Positions 16,000 through 25,862 of a DNA stretch of 44,210 bases are shown here, piece by piece. The DNA is from an uncultured Dehalococcoidaceae bacterium. Its GTDB lineage: Bacteria > Chloroflexota > Dehalococcoidia > UBA2979. Location: positions 1 to 44,210 of the forward strand of contig CAYGHU010000001.1 in NCBI GenBank assembly GCA_964349785.1, read 5' to 3'. Made by a program: the position numbers and the translations under genes. The notes under the pieces were generated by a model. The model worked only from the letters and a program-made list of their open reading frames with translations, ran no database searches and was not told the origin of the DNA. Each line of letters starts with the position of its first letter. Position 1 is the stretch's first letter.

Positions 16000-17444
16000 T
16001 GCCGAACACCACCATCACCAACCAGGGGCAGGACCCCTACACTATCTCCGAGGACTTCGAGGGCAGCTACCAGCAGTGGCTGAACGAAACCGCAACTGCG
16101 ATGGCGCAGCGGTATGCCACGGGCGATCAATCGATGCTCGATGGCCTCAGCGGCGCGACCGGCCCGGTGGGGCAGCCGCTCCGGACGGACTTCGGGAAGA
16201 ACACCGTTTCCGACCAGACGGTTAACTTCTTCAAGCGCTACCTGCAAGCCTACGGATCAAGCGACCCGTACATCGGGCAAAACTTCGGAACTCCTCCGGG
16301 ACGAAGTGCCACCTTCACCCAGAGCCCCAACTCCCCCTCGGTCCTCAAGGGACTCGACGGCAAGAATGCCATCGACCTCGGGACGCTCCAGGGGAAGAAC
16401 TCGATTGACCTCGAAACGCTCCAGGGGAAGAACGCGCGCGACCTCCAAGCGGACACCGATGCGGCCGCGATGGCACGGTCGCAGGGGCAGTGGGACAACA
16501 ACTGGAAGATCGCCTCGCTCCAGGACGCGACCTCGCGATGGAAGGCTGAGGGCGATTGGGGTGTCCAGAAATACGTTGCGGAGCTCGGGGAGAAGGGGGC
16601 GCTCGACCGGCTCATGCTCCAGCTCGGATTCGACCGGGAACGGCTCGCGCTCGATGCCAAGACGCAGCGCGACAACATGGACCTCGAATACAAGAAGCTC
16701 GCGCTCGAGATCGCGAAGTACGACGCGGAGCTCGCCGGCCAGCCGCAGAACATCTGGAAGTATGCCGCTTGGCTCCAGAAGCGCGGCCAGGTGGTCAACG
16801 GCCTGAACATTGCGATGGCGTCGTCCATCGTGCCGGCCGAATCCATCTCCGCGGCGACCGTGGCAAGCAGCGGCATCCCCGGCGCGGCTGCTATCGCCAC
16901 GACGTTCATGGACGAGACCAACCAGATGAGCCCCACTCCGGAAGTGCAGCGGTATGCCGCCGAAGCGCTCCAGCGGAGCGGGCAGCCGCGCGTCGCGCAG
17001 GAAGGCACCGGCAGCATGGCGCCAGTGAGCACCACCACGACGCCGATGAACAACCTCTCCGCGCAGGGATTGCAGCAGACGACGGATTACGCCGCGCTGA
17101 CGAACCAACTCCTCAACCGGAACCCGCTCCAAGCGGACGCGCCCTCCGTCTCGGACATGCAGGACATCACCACCGACCGGACGCGCGAGCTTGCTGGTGT
17201 CTCCGGCGGGAAGGGCGGATTCGGCTCATGGCAGGGGCCAACCACGAACGCGCTCGGCGTGAACGTGGGCGACCCTTCCGGGCAGAAGGTCGATTACCGC
17301 GCCTTCTACGACGCACCGTGGGCTCAACAGCAGATGAAGCTCGCGGACGTCGGCTCGGTGGGGAAGTTTCAAAACGACTTCCTCGGCGAGATGCAGCGCG
17401 CGCGACCGAAGGGCAACGCCACGGGCGCTGCCTCCTGGGGGTAG
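15999..17444 (+). CDS. Hypothetical 481-aa virion-module protein
   Basis: TAATG overlap with the upstream gene. Short tandem LxGKNxIDL repeats and coiled-coil-like stretches. Confidence 0.65.
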   Translation: MPNTTITNQGQDPYTISEDFEGSYQQWLNETATAMAQRYATGDQSMLDGLSGATGPVGQPLRTDFGKNTVSDQTVNFFKRYLQAYGSSDPYIGQNFGTPPGRSATFTQSPNSPSVLKGLDGKNAIDLGTLQGKNSIDLETLQGKNARDLQADTDAAAMARSQGQWDNNWKIASLQDATSRWKAEGDWGVQKYVAELGEKGALDRLMLQLGFDRERLALDAKTQRDNMDLEYKKLALEIAKYDAELAGQPQNIWKYAAWLQKRGQVVNGLNIAMASSIVPAESISAATVASSGIPGAAAIATTFMDETNQMSPTPEVQRYAAEALQRSGQPRVAQEGTGSMAPVSTTTTPMNNLSAQGLQQTTDYAALTNQLLNRNPLQADAPSVSDMQDITTDRTRELAGVSGGKGGFGSWQGPTTNALGVNVGDPSGQKVDYRAFYDAPWAQQQMKLADVGSVGKFQNDFLGEMQRARPKGNATGAASWG

Positions 17445-17447
17445 TCC

Positions 17448-20400
17448 ATGCCTTTCGATAAGCCGTGGCGCTGGGCGGACAAAGAGCTCGTCCGGAACCA
17501 GCAGCAGCGCAAGTTCGAAGAGACCGCTCTCGCCACCGATGACGAGCGGCAGCGCCGTTTCTTCGGCCAGGATGCCGCCGACCCCGGCAATCGCTTCTGG
17601 CAAGGCACGGACCCGACACCGCAGCGGCAAGGCAACGCCTTCACGGACATGGTCGGCAAGGCGATGAAGCCGCTCGGCTGGGCGAAGGAGAACATTGGCG
17701 AGCCGATTGGCGGCGATGTGCTCGGTGCGTTGACCGACGACAAGGGCCATTTTTCCATCAGCCCAAAGGGTGTGTTGAAAGCGGAGATCGCGGCGAACCC
17801 CATCTCCCGCATCGTCTCCGATGTGTGGGGCGGCGATAAGCCGTACTCCACGGGCAAGGACGAGTACCAGCGCTTCCGTGCCAGCGACGCGCCGGTAGGC
17901 GTCAAGGTGGGCGCCGATGTCGCTATCGACCCGCTGTCATGGATAGGCCCGGGTGCGCTCAAAGGCCTGGGCCTCGGCAAGGTGGCGAGCTTCCTGGAGC
18001 AGCCGGTACAGGCGACGGTTGGCGGCGCGATCGGTGCCGGCGCCGCGGCGCAGGTTGCCGAACAGGCGGACGCGCCGGATTGGGTGAAGGCTGCCGCGCC
18101 GTTCGTGGGCGGATTGGCCGGCGGGGTGGCCGGTGGCGTCGCGCGTCCCCCGACCGCTGCGGAGATTCGCGCGGCGAAGATGGGCGCCAAGGCTGGCTTC
18201 ACCTTCCCGGTGACAGGTGTCATCCACGCTGACCAACATCACGCCGAGCGGTACATGGACGTGCTGACCCGACATGAGGTGCCGTGGGAAATCGGGGACG
18301 AGGGCTTTATCGAAGCCGACCGCGAAGTCGCCGAAGCGACCGCGAAGCGCCTCAGCGCAGCTACCCGCGTCCTCGAAGGGGACAAGACGCCCGGCGGCGG
18401 CGATGCGGTGCACTGGATTCCGAAGTATGGCACCCCCGAGTACGACGATTACATGCGTCGCCTCGAAGGCGGGTACGACAACAAAGAAGGCTCCGGCCGC
18501 AGCATTGACGGACGCTCCGGGCCGAGTGGCGACCCCGACGAAATCCGCGCGGCAGTTAAGGACCTGACGGACATGCAGCGGATTTACGAAGTGCTGCAAG
18601 ACGAAATCGTGGAGCCTCACATCGAGGGCCGCCGAGTGGGCTTCAAGGGCGGCGAGACCGTCACGCCAAACGATGATCCGATGGCAGTTCTCGAAGCCAT
18701 AGGCGGCGTGACGACCGGGAAGCAGGGGGACAAAAACCTGACGACCGTTGCGGCTGCCCTATCGGAAGCGGACGCCTATGCGAACGGCCTCATAAGCGCC
18801 GAGACCTCGCCGGACGATCTCATCGTCGAGATTGCCGCGCACATCAAGTCTCGCGAGTTCAACACGCAGATTGGGAAACGCGGCGGGCGGAAGAACCTCA
18901 ACATGACGGAGCGGGCCTACCGGCAGCGCCTGATTGAAATCGGAGACGCGTTCGAGGCGAGCGGCCACGACGCGGTGTATGATCCAACCAATGCCCGGAG
19001 TGCCGTACCAGAACCTGGAACACTACCTACAGGACCCGACGGACAGGGAGTGGGCGGGGAGTCGTCGGCTGGCGGAACTGCGGCGGATAGCGGACCACTT
19101 CCAGTCGAAGGAGTCCCCGGAACCGCCCCCTGGGAGTGGACAGCCGAACACGAAGCCGTCCTCTCCCAGCTAGATCCGGAGACTCAGCAGAAGTTCGACG
19201 AACTCTTCCCCGGTCGGCGGACAGGTGCCGCGGACAGCGGCGAATCGACGTTTCAGGACAGCGCAGGGACAGGCCCGGACAGCTCCGGCCCGATACCGCC
19301 CCTCGACCGCACAAGCGCACGCTCCGCTCTCGGCCTCGACCCGAACGGCACCTACACGCCCGATGAGTTGAAGCAGGCTTGGCGCGCCGCGGCCCGTCGC
19401 TACCATCCGGACGTCAACCCTTCCGCCACGGCGACAGAGGACATGCAGGCCATCAACGCCGCATACGACGAGCTCCTTCACGGCAACAGCGGGTACGACT
19501 GGACGGACGCGTACGATAACCCCGCTGCCGGAGCCGGTGGTGGCGCGGGCACGCCGCCGCCGCCCGGTGGCTCATGGGGCGGACAGCAGTCCACTCCTGG
19601 TGGAAGCTGGGGGGCGCAGGCGACCGGTGCCGGCTGGGGCGCGAAGGCGCACGCTCCGAACCCGCCGCCTCCTCCGGCCGGTGGTCCCTCCTTCAAGCAC
19701 TTCGCTCAGGACGAGCGGTTCGACATCTTCAAGGCCAAGTCTCGCGACAAGACGATGTCCGAGGCCAGCGCGTGGATGGACTCCGCGAAGGGCAAGTTCG
19801 CGCAGACAATCCGCGAGTGGGTGAGCAAGGCCGGCGGCAGCAACTTCGACAAGAACCTCATCCTCGACGCCAAGATCACCCCGTTCATCGTGGGCGAGAA
19901 GAACCGCACGGCGAACATCATCAACTCGTGGGTGCTCTCCGTACGAGAGAAAGCGCAGCGGCAGTTCGAAGCCGCGGGCCTCATGGTCGAGCAGGACGCT
20001 GCGGGCGACTTCCGCATCAAGGGGCTCGGCATCCCGGTCGAGGACCTGGTCGACAGCCGCGGCCGTGCAAAGAATGCTGCGGCACAGGCAGCCTACGCCG
20101 CGCTCACGCCAGAGCAGCGGGCAGCCGTCGACTACCTGGAATGGGCGAACGAAGCGGTGGTGAAGACCATCCTCGCGCACAACGGGAAGCCGACGTTGGA
20201 CGGCGACCTCGTCGGGGAATACTTCCCGCGCAAGGTGGATTCCGTGGATGGGACGGCCCGCACGAGCGGCGCTTCGAATGCCAACCGCTCGCGCACGATG
20301 GAGTCCGTCGAGGAGGCGCTGAACCGGAACGTCGGCGGAAAGGTCGGCTACGGGAATCCCTGGGAAGCCTTCGAGGCCGGTCTCCGTGGGAAGCTGCTCG

Positions 20401-22487
20401 AAGCGCAGGACGCCTACATGGTGGAATCGCTCCAGCCGCTCGCGGTGAAGGGCAACGGCGGCACCATCCGGAAGGGATTCGGGTACGACACTGCGGACGC
20501 CCGCCCGTTCCGTGGACCTCATCCGATGGCGCCGGACATGCTGTTCCCGCAGGACATCGCTGACCGAATCCGCGACGCCTACAAACCGCCAAGTGACGAC
20601 ATCCTGCGGACGCTGCCGGCGGCTATCAACCGCTTCCTGACCCCGCTCCGGGCGAACGGCGACCTCTCCGCGACGCTCCAGCAGGGCATGTCCTTCTGGC
20701 TGCACAACCCGGTGAAGGCGTCGCAGGCATGGCTCGCGACTGTGCGCTCCCTCAAGGAACCGGACGCCTACTACCAGGCCATCGGGAAACTCGATGCGGC
20801 TGGGCCCGGCATGGAAGAGCACGCGAGTTGGGGCGCTCACTGGACCGGCGGATCGGACGAAGAGATGTTCCTCCCGAAGCTGGCCGAAAAGCTGACGAAG
20901 GGACAGGTGAAGGAGATCCCTGTCCTCGGCACCGTGGCTCGGAAGTCGAATGAGCACTTCTCTCGCTTTCTGAACCTCGCCAAGGCAGAGATGGGGAACG
21001 ACGCGTTCGAGCGGGCGACCGCGATGGGCCTCAAGGGTGAAGCCCTCGACGACCACATGCGCTCCGCGTGGAACGCCATCAACCGGCAGACCGGCTGGAC
21101 CGGCCGCAAGCCAACCTCCATCGAGGCCGCGTTTGTCTTTGCGCCGCGCTACACCTCGGCCACCATCGAGCAGGTCGCGGCGGCATTCACGAAGGGCGAC
21201 ATCGAAGGGGCGATGGCCCGTCGTCATCTCGGGAAGCTCCTCGCGCTCACCGCGGGCACGGCGTGGATAGTGAACACGAAGCAGGGGTACGAGACCGACT
21301 TCGACCCGCGATCGAATGACTTCCTCCGGATGCGGAACATTGCCGGCCTCGACGCCACGATGGCGGGCAGCTACGACGTCCTCGTCCGCGCCATCGCAGG
21401 CACCGTGGCCGGTAAGCCTGGCGAAGGACTCAAGCCCGACCTCGCCCGCCCAGCGCGCTTCGCGGAAGCCAAGCTCGCGCCTGTGGCGAAGACCATCGAA
21501 GAACTGATGACCGGCGAGACCTACATCGGCGAGCCCATCAGCATCACGAACGACCCCGTGAAGGCAGTCAAAGAGCAGGTGAAGTCGAGCCTCCCGTTCG
21601 GCGTCCAGAACCTCATCGAAGAAGGGCCGGCTGCAGCGCTCGTCGGCACTACCGGCCTGAGTGCCCGCATCGTGTCCCCCACCGACAAGCTGGCACGGGA
21701 ACGCGACAAGGCCGCGGGCGGCAACTACGAAGCCCTCCCCGGCGAAAAGAAGTCCGTCGTCAACGCCAACCCCAAGGTGGCAGCCGCCCAGGAGAAGGCT
21801 GACGAACAGGCCCTCCGACGCGGCGGGGAATCCGCGCTCCGCGTCCAGATCCGCCGCCAGTCCGGCGACGCAATGGCAGCCAACGCTGAATTCCTCAAGG
21901 CGGGCAAGGACGAAGCTGGTAATGCGTTTAGCGGAAATGATTACCGCGAAGCCTACCACAGCCTACAGGCGTATCTCGCGGGCCAGCGGGACACACTCAA
22001 GAAGTTCTCAGGTGGCGACAAGGAGATCGACGGCTGGTTCGCGCTGTACGACCAGGCCAAGATGGCGAACCACGAACCCGACCGGGACAAGCTCGACCGA
22101 CTCCAAGCGGCCTACGCGGCCGACCATCCCGGCATCCTCGACAAGATCGACCGGCTCACTGGCGTCCACGATGACGGCACGCTGCGGGAATACCGCCAGG
22201 CCCAGCGGCTCGCCAGGGTGTACTACGCGATGCCCGCCTACATGGGGATGTCTGCGGAGGATTCGGAGAAGGCGCAGTCCGTGCTCGGAACAGCCCGCGG
22301 CCTGGTGATTGCCGGCCGTGCGAGGAACCAAGCTCAGGCGCTCGCGATGCTCTCGAAGCAGGACCCGAAGGGTGTCTCGGCCGCGCGGCGGGCCAGTGGG
22401 CGCCCAGCGAACCCTGCGCGGGCGCAATTCAGGCAGAAGAATCCCCTGTTCGGGAAGTTCTACTCCGAGGCGATAACGCTGCAATAG
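17448..22487 (+). CDS. Giant 1679-aa virion-module protein (ejection/internal or polyvalent-type) containing a DnaJ-type J-domain
   Basis: Single uninterrupted ORF. Gly-zipper-like segment FVGGLAGGVAGGVA. J-domain with HPD at nt 19404-19412. Gly/Pro/Trp-rich linker. Confidence 0.8.
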   Translation: MPFDKPWRWADKELVRNQQQRKFEETALATDDERQRRFFGQDAADPGNRFWQGTDPTPQRQGNAFTDMVGKAMKPLGWAKENIGEPIGGDVLGALTDDKGHFSISPKGVLKAEIAANPISRIVSDVWGGDKPYSTGKDEYQRFRASDAPVGVKVGADVAIDPLSWIGPGALKGLGLGKVASFLEQPVQATVGGAIGAGAAAQVAEQADAPDWVKAAAPFVGGLAGGVAGGVARPPTAAEIRAAKMGAKAGFTFPVTGVIHADQHHAERYMDVLTRHEVPWEIGDEGFIEADREVAEATAKRLSAATRVLEGDKTPGGGDAVHWIPKYGTPEYDDYMRRLEGGYDNKEGSGRSIDGRSGPSGDPDEIRAAVKDLTDMQRIYEVLQDEIVEPHIEGRRVGFKGGETVTPNDDPMAVLEAIGGVTTGKQGDKNLTTVAAALSEADAYANGLISAETSPDDLIVEIAAHIKSREFNTQIGKRGGRKNLNMTERAYRQRLIEIGDAFEASGHDAVYDPTNARSAVPEPGTLPTGPDGQGVGGESSAGGTAADSGPLPVEGVPGTAPWEWTAEHEAVLSQLDPETQQKFDELFPGRRTGAADSGESTFQDSAGTGPDSSGPIPPLDRTSARSALGLDPNGTYTPDELKQAWRAAARRYHPDVNPSATATEDMQAINAAYDELLHGNSGYDWTDAYDNPAAGAGGGAGTPPPPGGSWGGQQSTPGGSWGAQATGAGWGAKAHAPNPPPPPAGGPSFKHFAQDERFDIFKAKSRDKTMSEASAWMDSAKGKFAQTIREWVSKAGGSNFDKNLILDAKITPFIVGEKNRTANIINSWVLSVREKAQRQFEAAGLMVEQDAAGDFRIKGLGIPVEDLVDSRGRAKNAAAQAAYAALTPEQRAAVDYLEWANEAVVKTILAHNGKPTLDGDLVGEYFPRKVDSVDGTARTSGASNANRSRTMESVEEALNRNVGGKVGYGNPWEAFEAGLRGKLLEAQDAYMVESLQPLAVKGNGGTIRKGFGYDTADARPFRGPHPMAPDMLFPQDIADRIRDAYKPPSDDILRTLPAAINRFLTPLRANGDLSATLQQGMSFWLHNPVKASQAWLATVRSLKEPDAYYQAIGKLDAAGPGMEEHASWGAHWTGGSDEEMFLPKLAEKLTKGQVKEIPVLGTVARKSNEHFSRFLNLAKAEMGNDAFERATAMGLKGEALDDHMRSAWNAINRQTGWTGRKPTSIEAAFVFAPRYTSATIEQVAAAFTKGDIEGAMARRHLGKLLALTAGTAWIVNTKQGYETDFDPRSNDFLRMRNIAGLDATMAGSYDVLVRAIAGTVAGKPGEGLKPDLARPARFAEAKLAPVAKTIEELMTGETYIGEPISITNDPVKAVKEQVKSSLPFGVQNLIEEGPAAALVGTTGLSARIVSPTDKLARERDKAAGGNYEALPGEKKSVVNANPKVAAAQEKADEQALRRGGESALRVQIRRQSGDAMAANAEFLKAGKDEAGNAFSGNDYREAYHSLQAYLAGQRDTLKKFSGGDKEIDGWFALYDQAKMANHEPDRDKLDRLQAAYAADHPGILDKIDRLTGVHDDGTLREYRQAQRLARVYYAMPAYMGMSAEDSEKAQSVLGTARGLVIAGRARNQAQALAMLSKQDPKGVSAARRASGRPANPARAQFRQKNPLFGKFYSEAITLQ

Positions 22488-22535
22488 GCGATGAACAGTA
22501 GACAGGACACGACTAAACGTCGTTAGATATCAGGG

Positions 22536-23528
22536 ATGCAACCGGATGGAGCCCCGAGCGAGACCCCTGTCCTAGAAGCCCCGGTAGACGCGGCACCCGC
22601 GCCCGCACCTGATGCGGCCCCGGAAACTCCGCCCTCCGAGACAACCTGGGAACAGGCAGCCGCCGAGGCACGAGCCGCCGTTGACGCGCAGTCCAAGGCC
22701 CCGGAGGAAACCACTCCCGCGCCCGACGCGCAAGAGACGCCCGCCGAAGAGACCCCACCGGATAGCCGCGATAAGGGCCGACGTTCACCCGAAGAGGGCG
22801 CGCTAGACCGCGCTCTGAACCTGCGTATGCAGGGCAAGGAGTCGGAGCTATCGGACAAGGCGAAGAGGCTGCTCGCCACTTACGACGAGCAGGTTTCGGC
22901 GCAGGCAATCACCAAGTACCGCGAGGAACAGACGAAGGAAGCGGAACTGCGACAGGTTTACTTGTCGTTGGAAGCCGAGCGCATGGAGAACCCTGCCGAG
23001 TTTGCGTCCAAGTTGGTCGCGAACGAAGGCATCGCGATCTTCATGAACTCCTTCAAGGCCCGCTTCCCTGATGTTTCACTCGAACGGCCGGACGCCCCAC
23101 GCCAGGAAACGGCGGAAGAGATTTCGCAGCAACTGGTCCGGGAGTTTGGCAAGGGTTTCGAGCGCGCGTTCTCCGCGATTGGCTCCGATGCAGGCCTGAG
23201 TGATGAGGCGATTAACGCTCTCCGGAGCGAGTTTGTTTTCGGCGAACACCCCGACAGCGCGAAGCTGGGTTCCTTCCTGGGCAAGGCGATGACGCAAGTC
23301 GCAGCCCAAGCCGGGAAAGAAGCGAAGGCCCGCGCAACGGCGGCCGAGACCGAGAACGACGCACTCAAGAAAGAACTCAGCGCCCTAAAGCTCAGGACTC
23401 ACCAGCCCCCCGCGCACGTTCCCAGCTCCGGCGGAAACGGTTTCTCAAGCGGTGTCACCAACGAAAGTGCCGAGGCTCGTTGGGGCTCAGCCGTCGCTCA
23501 AGCCCGTGAAGTCGTGGCTGCCGGCTAG
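22536..23528 (+). CDS. Scaffolding-like protein (acidic, Ala/Glu-rich, helical)
   Basis: Lies immediately upstream of the capsid gene. P/E/A-rich N-terminus and coiled-coil C-terminus (ENDALKKELSALKL). Confidence 0.55.
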   Translation: MQPDGAPSETPVLEAPVDAAPAPAPDAAPETPPSETTWEQAAAEARAAVDAQSKAPEETTPAPDAQETPAEETPPDSRDKGRRSPEEGALDRALNLRMQGKESELSDKAKRLLATYDEQVSAQAITKYREEQTKEAELRQVYLSLEAERMENPAEFASKLVANEGIAIFMNSFKARFPDVSLERPDAPRQETAEEISQQLVREFGKGFERAFSAIGSDAGLSDEAINALRSEFVFGEHPDSAKLGSFLGKAMTQVAAQAGKEAKARATAAETENDALKKELSALKLRTHQPPAHVPSSGGNGFSSGVTNESAEARWGSAVAQAREVVAAG

Positions 23529-23570
23529 GTTCCCGCGAATGCCTCACCAAAACGTGAGGGCTGAAACGCT

Positions 23571-24536
23571 GTGGTTGCTGGAAACGCAAACTATCTGACC
23601 ACGCTCCTTACGACCACTCTGGAGATTTACCTCTCCAAGATGCCGAAGGACACCATTTTCAATTCCATTCCCCTCCTGGATCAGCTCCAGAAGCGGGGGA
23701 AGAAAACCCAAAAGGGCGGGACCATCTGGCTCGAACCCATCATGTACGAGGGGAACGAGACGGGAGAATCCTACTCCGGCTGGGATCGCCAGGACATCTC
23801 GCCGCAGGAAGGGTTCACGAACGCTCAGTTCGGCCCGAAGTATTACCGCTGGGCGCTGGCGATTGATAACCAGCAGCTCTCGGAGAACTCGGGCGACGCG
23901 CAGGTTATCGACATCCTGTCGATCAAGTGGCGGCAGCTCGAAAAGAGCGCCAGGAACCTCATCAACGCCGACCTGTACCTCGCCGGCACCGCGAACGGGG
24001 GCAAGACGTTGACCGGCCTCGCCCTCGCGGTCGATAGCTCGGGAACGTACGGAAACATCGTACGTTCGGCGAACTCCTGGTGGAGCGCCGTGGAAACCCC
24101 GGTCGCGGGCACGCTGCAAGTCACCGGCTCGACCGGCCTGCGGCGCTTCTGGAACGACCTGTCCAACGGGCAGGGCTCCGAGAACCCCGACATGTTCCTG
24201 ACAACCTCCGCTGTCCACGAAGGCTACGAAGCACTCATGGACCCGCGGATGCAGTTCACGAACCGCGGCGCTCAGGACGTCGGCTACCCGGGTTCCGGTG
24301 GCCTCGTCTTCAAAGAGAAGCCCATCTATTGGGACGACGCGTGCCAGTCCGGCGTGCTGTACGGCCTGAACCTCGACTACCTCGCGCTCCGCGTGGTGCC
24401 GGGCGACGATTTCTCGCACGGCGCGTTCAAGGAACCGATCGACCAGCGCGGCAAGGTCGCCCCGGTCTATTGGTCCGGGAACCTCGTCGCCAGCAACTGC
24501 CGCTTCCTCGGGAAGCTCACCGGCCTCACCAACTAA
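23571..24536 (+). CDS. Major capsid protein
   Basis: 321-aa ORF after the scaffold-like gene. Sequence style typical of tailed-phage coat proteins (IWLEPIMYEGNETGESYSGWD...). Called by position and size. Confidence 0.7.
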   Translation: MVAGNANYLTTLLTTTLEIYLSKMPKDTIFNSIPLLDQLQKRGKKTQKGGTIWLEPIMYEGNETGESYSGWDRQDISPQEGFTNAQFGPKYYRWALAIDNQQLSENSGDAQVIDILSIKWRQLEKSARNLINADLYLAGTANGGKTLTGLALAVDSSGTYGNIVRSANSWWSAVETPVAGTLQVTGSTGLRRFWNDLSNGQGSENPDMFLTTSAVHEGYEALMDPRMQFTNRGAQDVGYPGSGGLVFKEKPIYWDDACQSGVLYGLNLDYLALRVVPGDDFSHGAFKEPIDQRGKVAPVYWSGNLVASNCRFLGKLTGLTN

Positions 24537-24548
24537 GGGGGATTTGAT

Positions 24549-25049
24549 ATGGCTCGCGCTAAAGCAACCGGTCCCCACGCTGGGGCAGATCTCGAACGCT
24601 GCACCGATGCGGCGCAGTTCCCGCTCGGGACGGTGGTCAAGGGCCTCACGCAAGAGGGCTATCCGGCCGAGTTCACCTACGTCAAGTTCGAAGATGCCGT
24701 CACCTACGTGCGCGGCCACTTCGTCAACGTCGGCGCGGGCGAGACGGACTTCGAAGTCACGAACGACATCTCGAACGCGATGGCTGGCTACATCGGTGTG
24801 GGCCTTGTGTTCCAGAACACGGTGCCGACTGAGGGCCAGTACGGCTGGGTCCAGAGCAAGGGCCTCGGAATCGCGCTCATGGGGTCGGCCTCCGTCATCG
24901 CCGGGGACGCTCTCAAGAACGACGGCACCACCGATGGCGCTCTCGATGAGGCGACGCGCGGCGGCACCGACGAAATCGTGGCAGTTGCTACGGCGACCAT
25001 CGCGGACACCGCGACCGGCGTCGTTCGGCTCACGATCGCGGGGGCCTAA
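24549..25049 (+). CDS. Capsid-associated (decoration/DUF2190-like?) protein
   Basis: AAGGGGG SD. 166-aa beta-rich ORF directly after the capsid gene. Confidence 0.45.
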   Translation: MARAKATGPHAGADLERCTDAAQFPLGTVVKGLTQEGYPAEFTYVKFEDAVTYVRGHFVNVGAGETDFEVTNDISNAMAGYIGVGLVFQNTVPTEGQYGWVQSKGLGIALMGSASVIAGDALKNDGTTDGALDEATRGGTDEIVAVATATIADTATGVVRLTIAGA

Positions 25050-25052
25050 CCG

Positions 25053-25859
25053 ATGGCAGGCGGCGTAGGGTTCATCTCTTCCGAGTACGAGGCGGGGACT
25101 GGCGACCTTGTCTTCTACTCGGCCAACGGCACCGAAATCGCGCGCTTTGACGAGGCCACAACCGCGTTTGTGCTCGCGGCTGGAGCGGCGCTGACCCTCG
25201 TTGCCGATGACGTGAAATTCAACCTGGGCACGGATGGCGATATCGCTGCCGTGCTCAGGTCCACCGTCCTCAACGCCAACACCACCCTTACCGGTGCGAT
25301 TGTGGGCACGCCGGTTACTCCGGCGCAGGCCGCAAACAGCTTCATCCTCGCCAACAAGACGGCGGACGGCGACATGCTGTTCGTCACTCAGACGGGCGGC
25401 AACTCGCACGCGTTCATGTGGTACGACACCTCGGCGAAGATTCTGCGCCTCTACTCCGGAGACGGGGTCGAGGTAGCGAAGTTCGATGCCGCGGCGACCA
25501 CCATCACCGGCACGCTCGCCGTCACCGGGAAGACAACGCTTACGGGCGGACTGAACCTCGGTGCTGCCGAGGCAGTCACGATCTCCGGTGGCGTTGCGGC
25601 CGTGACCAAGTCGTTCGTCTCGCTCGCGGGCGAGGGCGCGACCACGGACACGCTTGATTCCATCACCAAGTCCGGCCAGGCAGAGGGGGACATCCTCATT
25701 CTGCGTTGTGCCGGCAACTACACGATTACCGCCGACAACAGCGCGACCTTGCTCCTCGGAGCCGCGACGCGCGCACTCGCACAGGGAGCAGTCCTGATCC
25801 TCATCGCCACCTCGGCGACGATTTGGTCTGAGCTCGCATTCCTGACGGCGGCGTCCTAA
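25053..25859 (+). CDS. Structural protein, Ala/Thr/Gly-rich beta-type
   Basis: 268-aa ORF in the head module. Confidence 0.55.
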   Translation: MAGGVGFISSEYEAGTGDLVFYSANGTEIARFDEATTAFVLAAGAALTLVADDVKFNLGTDGDIAAVLRSTVLNANTTLTGAIVGTPVTPAQAANSFILANKTADGDMLFVTQTGGNSHAFMWYDTSAKILRLYSGDGVEVAKFDAAATTITGTLAVTGKTTLTGGLNLGAAEAVTISGGVAAVTKSFVSLAGEGATTDTLDSITKSGQAEGDILILRCAGNYTITADNSATLLLGAATRALAQGAVLILIATSATIWSELAFLTAAS

Positions 25860-25862
25860 CCG

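Noticed and set aside
22488-22535. Short hairpin ACGAC-TAAAC-GTCGT after the giant gene as a terminator
   Set aside because: The stem is only 5 bp with no T-run, and the next gene starts 20 nt later in an operon that is otherwise tightly coupled.
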